From the IMG/VR virus record IMGVR_UViG_3300027816_000052, positions 480 to 64,479 of that record: DNA of 64,000 nucleotides. One strand, 5' to 3'. Numbering within the stretch: the first letter of the stretch is position 1; every line of letters begins with the position of its first letter. The DNA is from a virus. The translations under genes were made by a program, and so were the position numbers. Positions 28,326-37,303 of the stretch are shown here, one piece after another. The notes beneath the pieces are model-generated. The model searched no databases, was not told where the DNA came from, and worked only from the letters and a program-made list of their open reading frames with translations.

Positions 28326-28807
28326 TCTATATTTGTTGATTCGATATCTGAACTATCAGAATCTTCTTGAATAAGGTCGCCATCCCAAGCATCGGTAGTA
28401 CCCTGATTAATATCAAAGATTAGTGCCTCTCTAGCATGATTATAATCATACGCTTGAAATGTGTGTCTATATGTTCTAGTCCAGACTTCGGTTGTTGTTT
28501 GTGTGACATCAAAACTAAAATCTTTTAATTCAGGAATAAAAATCGTTTCTTCGTTAAGTTTATTTTCTTTTATTAAATCAATGTTTTCTAGCACCAATAA
28601 TGTATAAAATGATAATTCATCCAAATCATAATGGTCAATGCTTAACGCACTTGATGCTTTTTCTAATAAATCAAGCCATTCACCGGGAACATTAAAATCA
28701 AGATTTTCCAATTCATCCATTGGTATATTTCTTTTTAGGCTTACATTATAGAGTGCTTTAGCTATCTTTACTAAGGTTTGTTTGTCGCGTTCTCTTCCTT
28801 TCTTCAT
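28322..28807 (-). CDS. Hypothetical protein
   Basis: 161-aa ORF. Confidence 0.5.
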   Translation of the reverse strand: MKKGRERDKQTLVKIAKALYNVSLKRNIPMDELENLDFNVPGEWLDLLEKASSALSIDHYDLDELSFYTLLVLENIDLIKENKLNEETIFIPELKDFSFDVTQTTTEVWTRTYRHTFQAYDYNHAREALIFDINQGTTDAWDGDLIQEDSDSSDIESTNIE

Positions 28808-28839
28808 TTGTTTTTTTACATATAAATATATTTATAAAT

Positions 28840-29250
28840 ATGAATCTATCAAAAATTTTAAATAAAGAAACATTATCTGAAATTGTTAACTTTCTAAAAG
28901 AAAGAGGTTTAGATAATGATGAAATACGTTTTGGTATTAATAATGCAACAAATCTTCTTAAAGACGTACCAAAAAAATTTAAAATATATCGAATTATTTA
29001 TTTAAATAATCCATCTGAATTAGATAAAGAAAAATTAGGCGCTCATTGGACCTTAAATAAGGAAAACCTACTTGAGTCGTACCGTATAATGGATGAAAAA
29101 AATTATTGCTTAGTCACAGCAAATGTAAGTGAAGAAAGAGTTATTCTTAGAAGAACATTTGAATTAAATGCTGAATATCCAAATGAGATGGAAATATTAA
29201 TTGATAATGATGGGAAAAATTTAGATGTTGTTAGTATTGAATGTTTTTAA
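28840..29250 (+). CDS. Hypothetical protein
   Basis: 136-aa ORF. Confidence 0.5.
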   Translation: MNLSKILNKETLSEIVNFLKERGLDNDEIRFGINNATNLLKDVPKKFKIYRIIYLNNPSELDKEKLGAHWTLNKENLLESYRIMDEKNYCLVTANVSEERVILRRTFELNAEYPNEMEILIDNDGKNLDVVSIECF

Positions 29251-29483
29251 TCGGGTTTAATCGTTTTCCAATTTGTTATTTTACCAGAAGGTAATTTTTC
29301 TGCTAACCAAATACAAATTTCTTGTTTTTTACCAGTCAATTTACAAATACGATATAGATATGGTATTTTATATCGTTCACCCTTTTTTTGAGGTAATTCA
29401 AAAGTAATTTTATGACGAATATAATATTCCCAAATGTGAATGTTCAATTTGTCCATAAGAATGGCAAAAAGGGAACGTTTCAT
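29247..29483 (-). CDS. Hypothetical small protein
   Basis: 78-aa ORF. Confidence 0.35.
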   Translation of the reverse strand: MKRSLFAILMDKLNIHIWEYYIRHKITFELPQKKGERYKIPYLYRICKLTGKKQEICIWLAEKLPSGKITNWKTIKPD

Positions 29484-29533
29484 GACAACTGGGAATCATT
29501 TTATTATTGGTTTAGTTTTTTTTAATAAATATA

Positions 29534-30217
29534 CTAATCTCTATTAAAATCATTCGTCTCAATATCAAAATCTTTTTCAAGAACACAATGTTGTATTGTC
29601 TTTACAGTAAAATGCATCATACCGTCAGTTGGGTCATAATCACAGTTAATAGCATCTTTTAATTCCATATCACTTGGAAGTTCGGTATAACCACCAAAAG
29701 GGTTAAATCTTTTAATGATTCCCTTATGTGCTTTGCGAATATCAAATGCTTGAATACCATACGACGAATCGGCACCCCAAACACAACCAGCAACAAAAAT
29801 GATTGGTAGATATTTTGTTTTTTCAATATCTTCTTTTTTTATTCCTTTTACTTCTTGATCACCAAGATAAACTTCATACCTAGAATCTTCAGCACGTTTA
29901 ATCTTATGAACTTTTGGTTGGTAATAATGAACAGGACAAAACCCATATTCATTATATTCTTCACCACCGATATCCTCACATGAAGGAAGTTTCATAATAC
30001 GAGTCATAACATATTTTGGTGAAAATAAAGCGTACCAATTACCATCTTCACCAACAAAAGGAATAAATGTTGTATTACCTCCGGTTGGATAATTTCTGGT
30101 ATATTCACCAATTTTTTTCTTTTTATCAAAAACTTCAACTAACTGATGATTCCAATAACCGGTTTCTTCTCGATTAATGACTTTAGCTTCGACCCTGTAT
30201 TCGTGTTTTGTTGCCAT
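29534..30217 (-). CDS. Hypothetical protein
   Basis: 227-aa ORF. Confidence 0.5.
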   Translation of the reverse strand: MATKHEYRVEAKVINREETGYWNHQLVEVFDKKKKIGEYTRNYPTGGNTTFIPFVGEDGNWYALFSPKYVMTRIMKLPSCEDIGGEEYNEYGFCPVHYYQPKVHKIKRAEDSRYEVYLGDQEVKGIKKEDIEKTKYLPIIFVAGCVWGADSSYGIQAFDIRKAHKGIIKRFNPFGGYTELPSDMELKDAINCDYDPTDGMMHFTVKTIQHCVLEKDFDIETNDFNRD

Positions 30218-30222
30218 ATTAA

Positions 30223-30537
30223 TTAATAATTTATTTCTTTTTCAATTGACGTTTCAATAAAAACATCATAACGACTGCAAATATACATAAAAAAACCATG
30301 CTTATCCACTGAAACTTTTCTAATGAAAGAATTTTTAAATTCCAAACCATTAACTTTAAAATTATAATCACCATCATCAATATGTTTTTCGGAATAAAAA
30401 ACAAATTCTGGTAAGTCATCACCATAATCATTATTGAGTTTTAAAAACTTATTTATTTTTCTTTTTTTTGAAAGTAATACGTTTTTAACTTCTTCAGCGT
30501 TATGATTTGTTGTTACAATTTTAAGATTTTTTGTCAT
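30223..30537 (-). CDS. Hypothetical protein; start trimmed to internal Met to avoid the tRNA
   Basis: Listed ORF 30223..30657 would overlap tRNA-Val. Met-41 (ATG at 30535-30537) gives a 104-aa product MTKNLKIVTT... Confidence 0.4.
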   Translation of the reverse strand: MTKNLKIVTTNHNAEEVKNVLLSKKRKINKFLKLNNDYGDDLPEFVFYSEKHIDDGDYNFKVNGLEFKNSFIRKVSVDKHGFFMYICSRYDVFIETSIEKEINY

Positions 30538-30552
30538 GTTTATTATTTCTTG

Positions 30553-30627
30553 TAGTTCCTTTCGGACTCGAACCGAAAACCTTTTCCACGTCAAGGAAAC
30601 GCTCTGAACCAATTGAGCTAAGGAACT
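30553..30627 (-). tRNA. tRNA-Val (anticodon GAC)
   Basis: Acceptor AGTTCCT/AGGAACT, D-arm GCTC/GAGC, anticodon stem TTTCC/GGAAA with loop TTGACGT, T-arm TTCGG-TTCGAGT-CCGAA. Paralog of tRNA-Val(TAC) at 35585..35659. Confidence 0.75.
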
Positions 30628-30756
30628 GTTAACAAAGGGGGTTAATGATAACCCCATTTGTTTTCTACCAACCTAAATCTTTCGAAACTTTGCCATGTCA
30701 CCTGTAAATAGTGACACTTATTCAGAAGTTGGTGGACCCGGTGAGGCTCTTTTTTG

Positions 30757-30826
30757 TACTCCGTGAGAGATTCGAACTCTCAGCCTTCTCGTTAGGAGTG
30801 AGATGCTCATCCAGTTGAGACGGGGC
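30757..30826 (-). tRNA. Degenerate tRNA-Arg-like gene (anticodon CCT as folded); possible pseudogene
   Basis: Good T-arm GAGAG-TTCGAAT-CTCTC and anticodon arm TCTCA-CTCCTAA-CGAGA. Acceptor GCCCCGT/ACGGAGT has a C-A mismatch and the D region is too short. A tRNA 3'-end remnant ...CACCGGGTCCACCA lies just downstream (30730-30749). Confidence 0.35.
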
Positions 30827-30831
30827 ATGAA

Positions 30832-31335
30832 CTATCTATATCTGTTCTCCACGTACCAATATATGGCTTTATTTTTCACCTCAACACGTTCCTTGACTAT
30901 ACCACGAACTCCAGATGAAGTAGCATATTTTCTTGATAGAGACTTGTCAGACAATATAAGTTGTATTACATATCCACTCCACACACTATCATAGAGTCCG
31001 TCCGACTCCACAACTTCTTCCTCTTGTGTTGTTATTGGAGAGAATTCTGGAAGTCTACGAAACTCTTTCTCTGTTCCATCTTCCGCGTAGAAGCGGAAAC
31101 CATCACTCTCGGCAATAATGGTCAAATCACCTTCCATAAGATCTATCAGACAAGATTGTATACCAACCCTGACCTTGTATAATCCAGATTCAAAATGCTT
31201 AGTGATTTCTCCTTTTCCATATTCAACTTCTTTCAATTGATGATCTATTACAACAATTCTTAGATCTTCACTAGGAGCTTTCACGCGCAACTCATACTCG
31301 ACAATGGTTTTAGTTGGTATTGTGGTCACTCTCAT
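30832..31335 (-). CDS. Hypothetical protein with higher GC than surroundings
   Basis: 167-aa ORF. Local GC is visibly above the window average. Confidence 0.5.
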   Translation of the reverse strand: MRVTTIPTKTIVEYELRVKAPSEDLRIVVIDHQLKEVEYGKGEITKHFESGLYKVRVGIQSCLIDLMEGDLTIIAESDGFRFYAEDGTEKEFRRLPEFSPITTQEEEVVESDGLYDSVWSGYVIQLILSDKSLSRKYATSSGVRGIVKERVEVKNKAIYWYVENRYR

Positions 31336-31399
31336 TTGGCAGCGTCTTTTATGATGTGCTTGACCTCTTCGCTGGAGAAGCCCATTATGTGCTTGAGTA

Positions 31400-32593
31400 T
31401 CATTTTTGTTTCAAATCTAAGTTAAGATCTTTAGCCGATTTCATCATCATAATTTCCATGAAATTTGCCGCCGCATTGCTAGAACCACTTGAGTTACCAC
31501 TCATATATTGAGGAACAACATTTCCTTGATATTTCGAGAAGGCGTTTGCCCAATATTCTTGTGATTTAAGCCAAGCATCCAACTTTTGCTCAAGAGCGCC
31601 ATTAGCAGACATTACAAGACGTTTCTTTTCAGCTTCACCTTGACCTTCAAGAATTTGTTTTTCTTTATTAAGTCTAGCAGTTTCAACATCAAGTTCAGCA
31701 ACTCGTTTACGCGATTCAGCCTCAGTCACTTGTTTTGCTTTAATAACCTCTTGATCCCACTTAGCTTTAGCTGCTTCAGCTTCACCTTGTTTTGCGATGG
31801 TAATAGCATCTTGTTCGGCTTTTTTAGAATTTGCAATTGCCAATTGTACACTCATTAATGCTTGTTGTTGATTTTGAATTTGCTTTTCAACGGTCGCATC
31901 ATATGTAATACCATTAATTGAAATATTATAGAGTCTAATTCCATATCCAGCAATTGGTGATTCTTCTTGTCGAATTGGTTGACCGGGAGTCTTTTCAACA
32001 ATCTCAACTTTGGTTACTAATTTTTCCTCACCAGTCAATGGATCAGCTTCTTTAACCTCAACTTGTTTAGTTTTATATACACCTCTAGAAGCTTGATCTT
32101 CAATATAGAAAATCAAATCATTTCTTTTTTCCGCATACGACTCTTTAGATGTCATAAGCGGTCCAGTCATGTAAACTGATTTTTCAATGTTAGTTTTAAT
32201 TAACTGATTCTCCAACGCTTCTTGCGAACCAAATGTTGAGTGTAATTTAATAATTTGTTCAGAAGATAAGGGAAGATCATAACGAACCGATCCTGAAATT
32301 GTTGCATGTCCACCATCATTCCATTTTACGGCAATTGATTTATCTGTTTCACCCTCCTCTTTTGGAGAAGAAAACCAAAATTGATTTGATTTACGATAAT
32401 GTGTTGCCCTACCAAATAATTGCCAAACCCAACCCGGTTCAGTATATGTATGAAGATTACCATCAAATGGGTCTTGAATAACAACAACTTCTCCAGCATC
32501 AACATCTTCCCAAATAAGGGGAACAAAGATTAGACCAAGAACAATAAATACGCCAATAACAATTGCACTAATAGATTTTTTAAAGTTTTCCAT
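31400..32593 (-). CDS. SPFH/band-7 (HflK/C, stomatin-like) domain membrane protein
   Basis: 397 aa. N-terminal TM helix ISAIVIGVFIVLGLIFVPLIW, then a long A/E/K/Q-rich coiled-coil segment typical of SPFH proteins. Confidence 0.55.
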   Translation of the reverse strand: MENFKKSISAIVIGVFIVLGLIFVPLIWEDVDAGEVVVIQDPFDGNLHTYTEPGWVWQLFGRATHYRKSNQFWFSSPKEEGETDKSIAVKWNDGGHATISGSVRYDLPLSSEQIIKLHSTFGSQEALENQLIKTNIEKSVYMTGPLMTSKESYAEKRNDLIFYIEDQASRGVYKTKQVEVKEADPLTGEEKLVTKVEIVEKTPGQPIRQEESPIAGYGIRLYNISINGITYDATVEKQIQNQQQALMSVQLAIANSKKAEQDAITIAKQGEAEAAKAKWDQEVIKAKQVTEAESRKRVAELDVETARLNKEKQILEGQGEAEKKRLVMSANGALEQKLDAWLKSQEYWANAFSKYQGNVVPQYMSGNSSGSSNAAANFMEIMMMKSAKDLNLDLKQK

Positions 32594-32599
32594 GTTTTT

Positions 32600-32866
32600 T
32601 TAAATTTTTGTTTTGTTTTTAATTTTATTAATTTTATTTACAGTTTGATTAACTTCATCATTCACCACATTATACTTCTCAACCGCCTTATCAACTTTTT
32701 CTTCCAGTTCATCTATCGTTGATGAGTGTTGGATTTTTTCTTTATTTTTCTTTTTAAGAAACCAAAAAAATTCTAATTTGGGAATAAAAAGAGGTAGAAT
32801 TATTTGTGTTATAATTGTTAGTATGCTTATAACTGTTAATAAAAATATTATAATTATTTTAGCCAT
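32600..32866 (-). CDS. Small membrane protein
   Basis: 88 aa with N-terminal TM helix. Confidence 0.4.
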   Translation of the reverse strand: MAKIIIIFLLTVISILTIITQIILPLFIPKLEFFWFLKKKNKEKIQHSSTIDELEEKVDKAVEKYNVVNDEVNQTVNKINKIKNKTKI

Positions 32867-33071
32867 TTTGGTTTTTAAATTTAAAAATTATATCATTTAT
32901 ATCATTTCTTATTGATTCCATATCATCTATGTCAAGATAAAATGAAAATGAATCATCACCTTGACTACAGGTTAACCATATTTCATCATCACCACCTTGA
33001 ATAAAAAATTCCAAGTCTTTATCTCCTTGTGAAAATTTATATGTTTTTATTGTTTTCATTTTATAGTACAA
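32859..33071 (-). CDS. Hypothetical small protein
   Basis: 70-aa ORF. Confidence 0.35.
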   Translation of the reverse strand: MYYKMKTIKTYKFSQGDKDLEFFIQGGDDEIWLTCSQGDDSFSFYLDIDDMESIRNDINDIIFKFKNQNG

Positions 33072-33100
33072 ATATAGTATATGTTTTTAACATAAACAAA

Positions 33101-33286
33101 TCAAATGAAAATTTCACCAAATAAGGAAATATATTCATTTTTTGGTATTTTACAATAAACATCACCAACCCAAAAAAATACATCGTCACCAATTTCATTC
33201 GGTTCGGTGATATTCCATTTTTTAACAATATTGACAGGTATTTTGTCGTAATCTAAATTAGGGAAAGCAACATGTACGTAGTCCAT
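33101..33286 (-). CDS. Hypothetical small protein
   Basis: 61-aa ORF. Confidence 0.35.
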   Translation of the reverse strand: MDYVHVAFPNLDYDKIPVNIVKKWNITEPNEIGDDVFFWVGDVYCKIPKNEYISLFGEIFI

Positions 33287-33365
33287 TTTTTTTTAGTTTA
33301 CACAAAGATAATAACAAATATTTAAATTTCCAATAACTGATAATATTTATTTTAAAAGTTGGTAT

Positions 33366-34151
33366 ATGAGAAATCTAATCAAAAAAGTTTTGCGTGAATT
33401 TGTATTAAAAGAAGCGGAAGAGACAGACCACGCAAAATGTCGTTATGTTAATAGAGTTGCGAATGAAAGAAATCATAAAACAACAAATGTTAAGGACAAA
33501 ATTGGTAAAGAAGGAATTGAAAACATTAAATTTATCATCGAACTTGTTAAAAAAATAGATTTTCCAAAAAATATCGATATTGCAATTAATTTAGCTTATT
33601 CACCATCAAGAGATGTTAACAATCCAGAAGGTTTTGAAAACGCAAAAGGATTTTATTTTAATGACCCTAATGATAATTGTACTAAAAAAGAAAATATTGA
33701 ACCTAGCTGGGGACATTATTTGTGGTTAATAATAAGAGATAATTCTATCACAACAATAATGATTCATAGAACCAAACCAAAAGATTTAAGAGAGGTTAAT
33801 ATAGATAGATTAATAAATAATTTAAATAACTATTTTGGACTTAATATTAAAGAAAAAGAACTTTCGTCGGCTGAAAATTTAAAACAAATAGATTTAACAA
33901 ATGAGAGACTTTTCTTTAAGATGATTAGTAAACCAGAAAAAAAATCTGAGGAATCTCCTTTAAAAAATGAAGAAATACTTCTTGTTAAACAAAAAAAATA
34001 TGTTATTGATAAAATTAAAAAAACAATTCATCCAAAAAATAAACCAAAAGAAATACAGAAAATAGAAGAATTTATCAATTTAATTTTAAATTTAGAACCT
34101 TTTACCCCTGAAGATGAGAAAGCTATTGAATACTTAATTTCTTTGATTTGA
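33366..34151 (+). CDS. Hypothetical protein with an LxE-type N-terminal module
   Basis: 261 aa. N-terminus MRNLIKKVLREFVLKEAEE resembles the KVLLEQEE motif of the repeat family. Confidence 0.5.
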   Translation: MRNLIKKVLREFVLKEAEETDHAKCRYVNRVANERNHKTTNVKDKIGKEGIENIKFIIELVKKIDFPKNIDIAINLAYSPSRDVNNPEGFENAKGFYFNDPNDNCTKKENIEPSWGHYLWLIIRDNSITTIMIHRTKPKDLREVNIDRLINNLNNYFGLNIKEKELSSAENLKQIDLTNERLFFKMISKPEKKSEESPLKNEEILLVKQKKYVIDKIKKTIHPKNKPKEIQKIEEFINLILNLEPFTPEDEKAIEYLISLI

Positions 34152-34439
34152 TTTTATAATTAATCTGTCATAATGCGTGAAATAACCCCGTTTATTAGCC
34201 TCATCTAATATTTCATCAGTTGTTGGTCTTGGTTGTTTTTCCAAATAATATTTGATATTTTTTTCATCCATATATTCTCTAATGGTTTCTTCAACATTAC
34301 TAAATAAGCGATAAATATTATCAGCTAAAATATCAGCATCAACCAATCCGGTTACATTTTCCATCATATCATCAAAAACAAAATTTGATGATTCATCCTT
34401 TTTAATAATCAAGATATAATAGTCGTATTTCATCTGCAA
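34134..34439 (-). CDS. Hypothetical protein
   Basis: 101-aa ORF. Confidence 0.45.
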   Translation of the reverse strand: MQMKYDYYILIIKKDESSNFVFDDMMENVTGLVDADILADNIYRLFSNVEETIREYMDEKNIKYYLEKQPRPTTDEILDEANKRGYFTHYDRLIIKSNQRN

Positions 34440-34885
34440 TGATAATCCGCCGCTTTAGTTGCGATTTGAATATTTGGTTTTACATTAACTTGATACCCCA
34501 ATGAATTCGCCCACCCCTTTGTTGCACTGATTAATTGATTACTTTTATAAAATTCATCCTCATTATAATCCATATCTAATTCAAGTTTTAGACTGACATT
34601 AACTTTGTTTTTAAACCATTCCGCAATTTCAATCGTGCTTTCAGCTTCCTTCCAAAGTCTAGTCCATAAATCATTAATTCTATTGATTCTTTCTTTTGTG
34701 AAAATATAATGGACACCCCTAGTACCATAACGATAGGCGATAACGGAAACATAAACGGTTTCATTTGACACGTTTTGTGAATCAGTACCGATATGGATTT
34801 TTACATCAGGATTTTCCCTGATAACCTCAAGAGTATGTTTTACAACATCTACTGGAGTTCCATCTAATTTTCTAAACACTTTCAT
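34430..34885 (-). CDS. Hypothetical protein
   Basis: 151-aa ORF, 10-nt overlap with the downstream gene. Confidence 0.45.
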   Translation of the reverse strand: MKVFRKLDGTPVDVVKHTLEVIRENPDVKIHIGTDSQNVSNETVYVSVIAYRYGTRGVHYIFTKERINRINDLWTRLWKEAESTIEIAEWFKNKVNVSLKLELDMDYNEDEFYKSNQLISATKGWANSLGYQVNVKPNIQIATKAADYHCR

Positions 34886-34897
34886 TTTATAGTTATT

Positions 34898-35254
34898 TTA
34901 TTCGTCTACACTGATGAGGGGGAATTCAATTTTAAGTCTATAATGAATAAAATCATTCATATCTTCCACTAAATCAAAATATTTTCTATAAGACTCACCA
35001 TTTGACATTTTTATTTTTAAAAATGGTTTGTAATAAACAACATAATCCTCAATATATAAGTTTTTGTTTTTAAGAATCTCTTCTTCTGTTATAAAAAAAG
35101 TTCCATTGTAATACCAATCAGCGTAATAAAATCCTTCTTTTCTTTCTTTACAAAATAAACTTTTTTTTCTGCGATTTTGCCAAACAAATTTATCATTTTC
35201 TATTTTTTCAAATTTTCTAATACTACAAATTTGTTTGATATTAATTTCTTCCAT
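34898..35254 (-). CDS. Hypothetical protein
   Basis: 118-aa ORF. Confidence 0.45.
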   Translation of the reverse strand: MEEINIKQICSIRKFEKIENDKFVWQNRRKKSLFCKERKEGFYYADWYYNGTFFITEEEILKNKNLYIEDYVVYYKPFLKIKMSNGESYRKYFDLVEDMNDFIHYRLKIEFPLISVDE

Positions 35255-35399
35255 TTTTAAAAGTTTGGTACAAAGATATGAAAAGTTTTATGAAAAAAAA
35301 AATTGCAACGATTTTAGCCTACGTTAATATTTTGTGGGAAGAGCTTATCGTTATTAAGTTTCGCTTATTATACCAACACAATTTTTAATTCATAATACA

Positions 35400-35475
35400 T
35401 GGTGGACCGGAAGGGATTCGAACCCTCATCCTCCTGAGTGCAAATCAGGTGCTCATCCAGTTGAGCTACCAGCCC
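35400..35475 (-). tRNA. tRNA-Ala (anticodon TGC), CCA encoded
   Basis: Reverse complement GGGCTGG-TA-GCTC-AACTGGAT-GAGC-A-CCTGA-TTTGCAC-TCAGG-AGGAT-GAGGG-TTCGAAT-CCCTT-CCGGTCC-A-CCA. Confidence 0.8.
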
Positions 35476-35584
35476 ATGTTCCCGTTTTTCTTCATCATTT
35501 AGTTCACCACCCAGATGAACAAGTGGTGGATTTTGCTTTTGGAAGTCTGCATTACAGACCGTCACCACGGGAAAACCAACGCAG

Positions 35585-35659
35585 TAGTTCCTGTGTGACT
35601 TGAACACACGCCCTTTCGAATGTAAATCGAACGCTCTAAACCAACTGAGCTAAGGAACT
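35585..35659 (-). tRNA. tRNA-Val (anticodon TAC)
   Basis: Acceptor AGTTCCT/AGGAACT, D-arm GCTC/GAGC, anticodon stem TTCGA/TCGAA with loop TTTACAT, T-arm GTGTG-TTCAAGT-CACAC. Confidence 0.75.
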
Positions 35660-35667
35660 ATATTTCG

Positions 35668-35739
35668 CACCCCCTGAAGAATTCGAATCCTCACCAACGA
35701 TGTTGGAGATCGTTACTCTACCAATTGAGCTAAAGGGGT
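35668..35739 (-). tRNA. tRNA-Trp (anticodon CCA)
   Basis: Acceptor ACCCCTT/AGGGGGT, D-arm GCTC/GAGT, anticodon stem ACGAT/ATCGT with loop CTCCAAC, T-arm GAGGA-TTCGAAT-TCTTC. Confidence 0.7.
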
Positions 35740-35749
35740 ATGTATTTTG

Positions 35750-35825
35750 GGTGAATAACGAGACTCGAACTCGCAAAAATCCGGGACCACAATCCGGAGT
35801 GTATACCAATTCCACCATATTCACC
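35750..35825 (-). tRNA. tRNA-His (anticodon GTG) with G-1
   Basis: Extra 5' G pairs with discriminator C. Acceptor GTGAATA/TATTCAC. Anticodon stem CCGGA/CCCGG (A-C closing pair) with loop TTGTGGT. T-arm GCGAG-TTCGAGT-CTCGT. Confidence 0.6.
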
Positions 35826-35833
35826 ATAATTCG

Positions 35834-35912
35834 TACTCCCGGTGAGAATCGAACTCACACCCTTTCGGATCTGTTCCTAAAACAGACGCGGCTACCGTTA
35901 CGCCACAGGAGT
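35834..35912 (-). tRNA. tRNA-Leu (anticodon TAG), short type-II variable arm
   Basis: Acceptor ACTCCTG/CGGGAGT, anticodon stem TCTGT/ACAGA with loop TTTAGGA, 11-nt variable region, T-arm GTGAG-TTCGATT-CTCAC. Confidence 0.55.
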
Positions 35913-35963
35913 GTTTAACATCACAAAGATATAACTTTATTTTCTTATCTCCAAATTAAACTG

Positions 35964-36035
35964 AGGTCGAAGTGAGAATCGAACTCACGTAAGAAGTTTT
36001 GCAGACTTCCGCCTAAACCACTCGACCATTCGACC
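35964..36035 (-). tRNA. tRNA-Cys (anticodon GCA)
   Basis: Acceptor GGTCGAA/TTCGACC, anticodon stem GAAGT/ACTTC with loop CTGCAAA, T-arm GTGAG-TTCGATT-CTCAC. Confidence 0.75.
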
Positions 36036-36221
36036 TTACTTTTCACCTAATTTTCTAATAATACCTCCCTTAGCTTCATACCAAGTACCCTGATAATTAA
36101 ATTCAAATCCGGTATCTCTCATACAAATACCCATAAATTCACCGTCTCTTGTTTTTAAACCAACCCCTGAAAAAACATCTTCAAGAATTATTTCACCGTT
36201 TTCATCTGTTGTTAATTTCAT
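36036..36221 (-). CDS. Small hypothetical protein (61 aa) between tRNA-Cys and tRNA-Arg; start trimmed to avoid the tRNA
   Basis: Listed ORF 36036..36296 would overlap tRNA-Arg. The internal ATG at 36219-36221 gives MKLTTDENGEIILEDVF... Confidence 0.4.
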   Translation of the reverse strand: MKLTTDENGEIILEDVFSGVGLKTRDGEFMGICMRDTGFEFNYQGTWYEAKGGIIRKLGEK

Positions 36222-36238
36222 AATTTTAATTTTTTTTG

Positions 36239-36310
36239 TATCCCCCGAAGGATTCGAACCCTCACCAACTGAGTCGAAATCAGGTATGCTATCCATTACA
36301 CTAGAGGGAC
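36239..36310 (-). tRNA. tRNA-Arg (anticodon TCG)
   Basis: Acceptor GTCCCTC/GGGGGAT (two G-U), D-arm GTGT/GCAT, anticodon stem CCTGA/TCAGT (one mismatch) with loop TTTCGAC, T-arm GAGGG-TTCGAAT-CCTTC. Confidence 0.65.
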
Positions 36311-36570
36311 TTTTTCTCTTTTCTTTTTTTCCATTCTACAGCAAGTGCTGCTCCAATAAAAGCGCCTAACATTGCAGCACCAAATAAACGTGTATCATTT
36401 ACATAATTTACAGTGGTGAAAGCACCAAATAAAACAATTAATGCTGACCATATTCCGGATGCGATAGTTTTTCTTTCCTCCACTTTAATAAAATATAAAG
36501 TCCATGCAATATCAGCTAAAATCATGGAAAACATAACCAGCAAAAATTTTAATTCAAAGGGTATATTCAT
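36301..36570 (-). CDS. Small membrane protein
   Basis: 89 aa with 3 hydrophobic helices and a basic C-terminus KKRKEKKSL. Confidence 0.5.
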   Translation of the reverse strand: MNIPFELKFLLVMFSMILADIAWTLYFIKVEERKTIASGIWSALIVLFGAFTTVNYVNDTRLFGAAMLGAFIGAALAVEWKKRKEKKSL

Positions 36571-37013
36571 CTTTTTAATAATTTATCACATTTATTTTTC
36601 CAATTTGATGAGAGACATGAAATTGGTGTTACTTTTGTAAGTTGATTAATTAATCTAATTTCTTGTGGATTATCATCCAAATGAAATACAAAATCATTTC
36701 CATTCTTTTTAAACCACCAAGCCTTTGGGTCGTGGTTTGTAAAAATCACTCGTTCCCTTGGGATTCCTAAATCTTTCGCCACCAAAAACAAATCTTCTTC
36801 ATTTGACCACCAAAGAACATCATCGTCTCTTTTAAAAGTTTCATCATCAGGATATTTCTTTCTGAAAAATTCTTTTGGATTTTCCGGTCTTGAGGTAACA
36901 ATCCATACCTCAATGTTGGAATCTTCAATTAATTCCTTACAATAATTTTGTATGAACAGCGAATGACCAAGACAATCATCAAAATCAAAACTTACTTTTT
37001 TCATGCTAACCAA
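36567..37013 (-). CDS. HAD-superfamily hydrolase-like protein
   Basis: 148 aa. N-terminal VSFDFDDCLG matches HAD motif I (hhhhDxDx[TV]). Confidence 0.5.
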   Translation of the reverse strand: MVSMKKVSFDFDDCLGHSLFIQNYCKELIEDSNIEVWIVTSRPENPKEFFRKKYPDDETFKRDDDVLWWSNEEDLFLVAKDLGIPRERVIFTNHDPKAWWFKKNGNDFVFHLDDNPQEIRLINQLTKVTPISCLSSNWKNKCDKLLKR

Positions 37014-37303
37014 CGAATTAAATATTTTGCTTGCATTTGAGATGTAAAATCAGCCTCACCCATATCTGTAACAGGAATTTCAAAACTTATCACTTCAGTA
37101 TCCTCACCACCATCTCCCAAAAATAATGAATAATAAGCAACACCGAGTCTGATTTTATCAAAAAACGCTATTGGATTGTTTTTATATAGCATTTTTTTAA
37201 TTTCGTTTTTTCTTATTGTATTTAATTTTTTATCCATTTTATCTAAAGTTATTTTATCAACGCTATCCATTGCTTCTTTATATAATTCTTCGTCTGTCTT
37301 CAT
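37001..37303 (-). CDS. Hypothetical protein
   Basis: 100-aa ORF overlapping neighbours by 13 and 4 nt. Confidence 0.45.
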   Translation of the reverse strand: MKTDEELYKEAMDSVDKITLDKMDKKLNTIRKNEIKKMLYKNNPIAFFDKIRLGVAYYSLFLGDGGEDTEVISFEIPVTDMGEADFTSQMQAKYLIRWLA

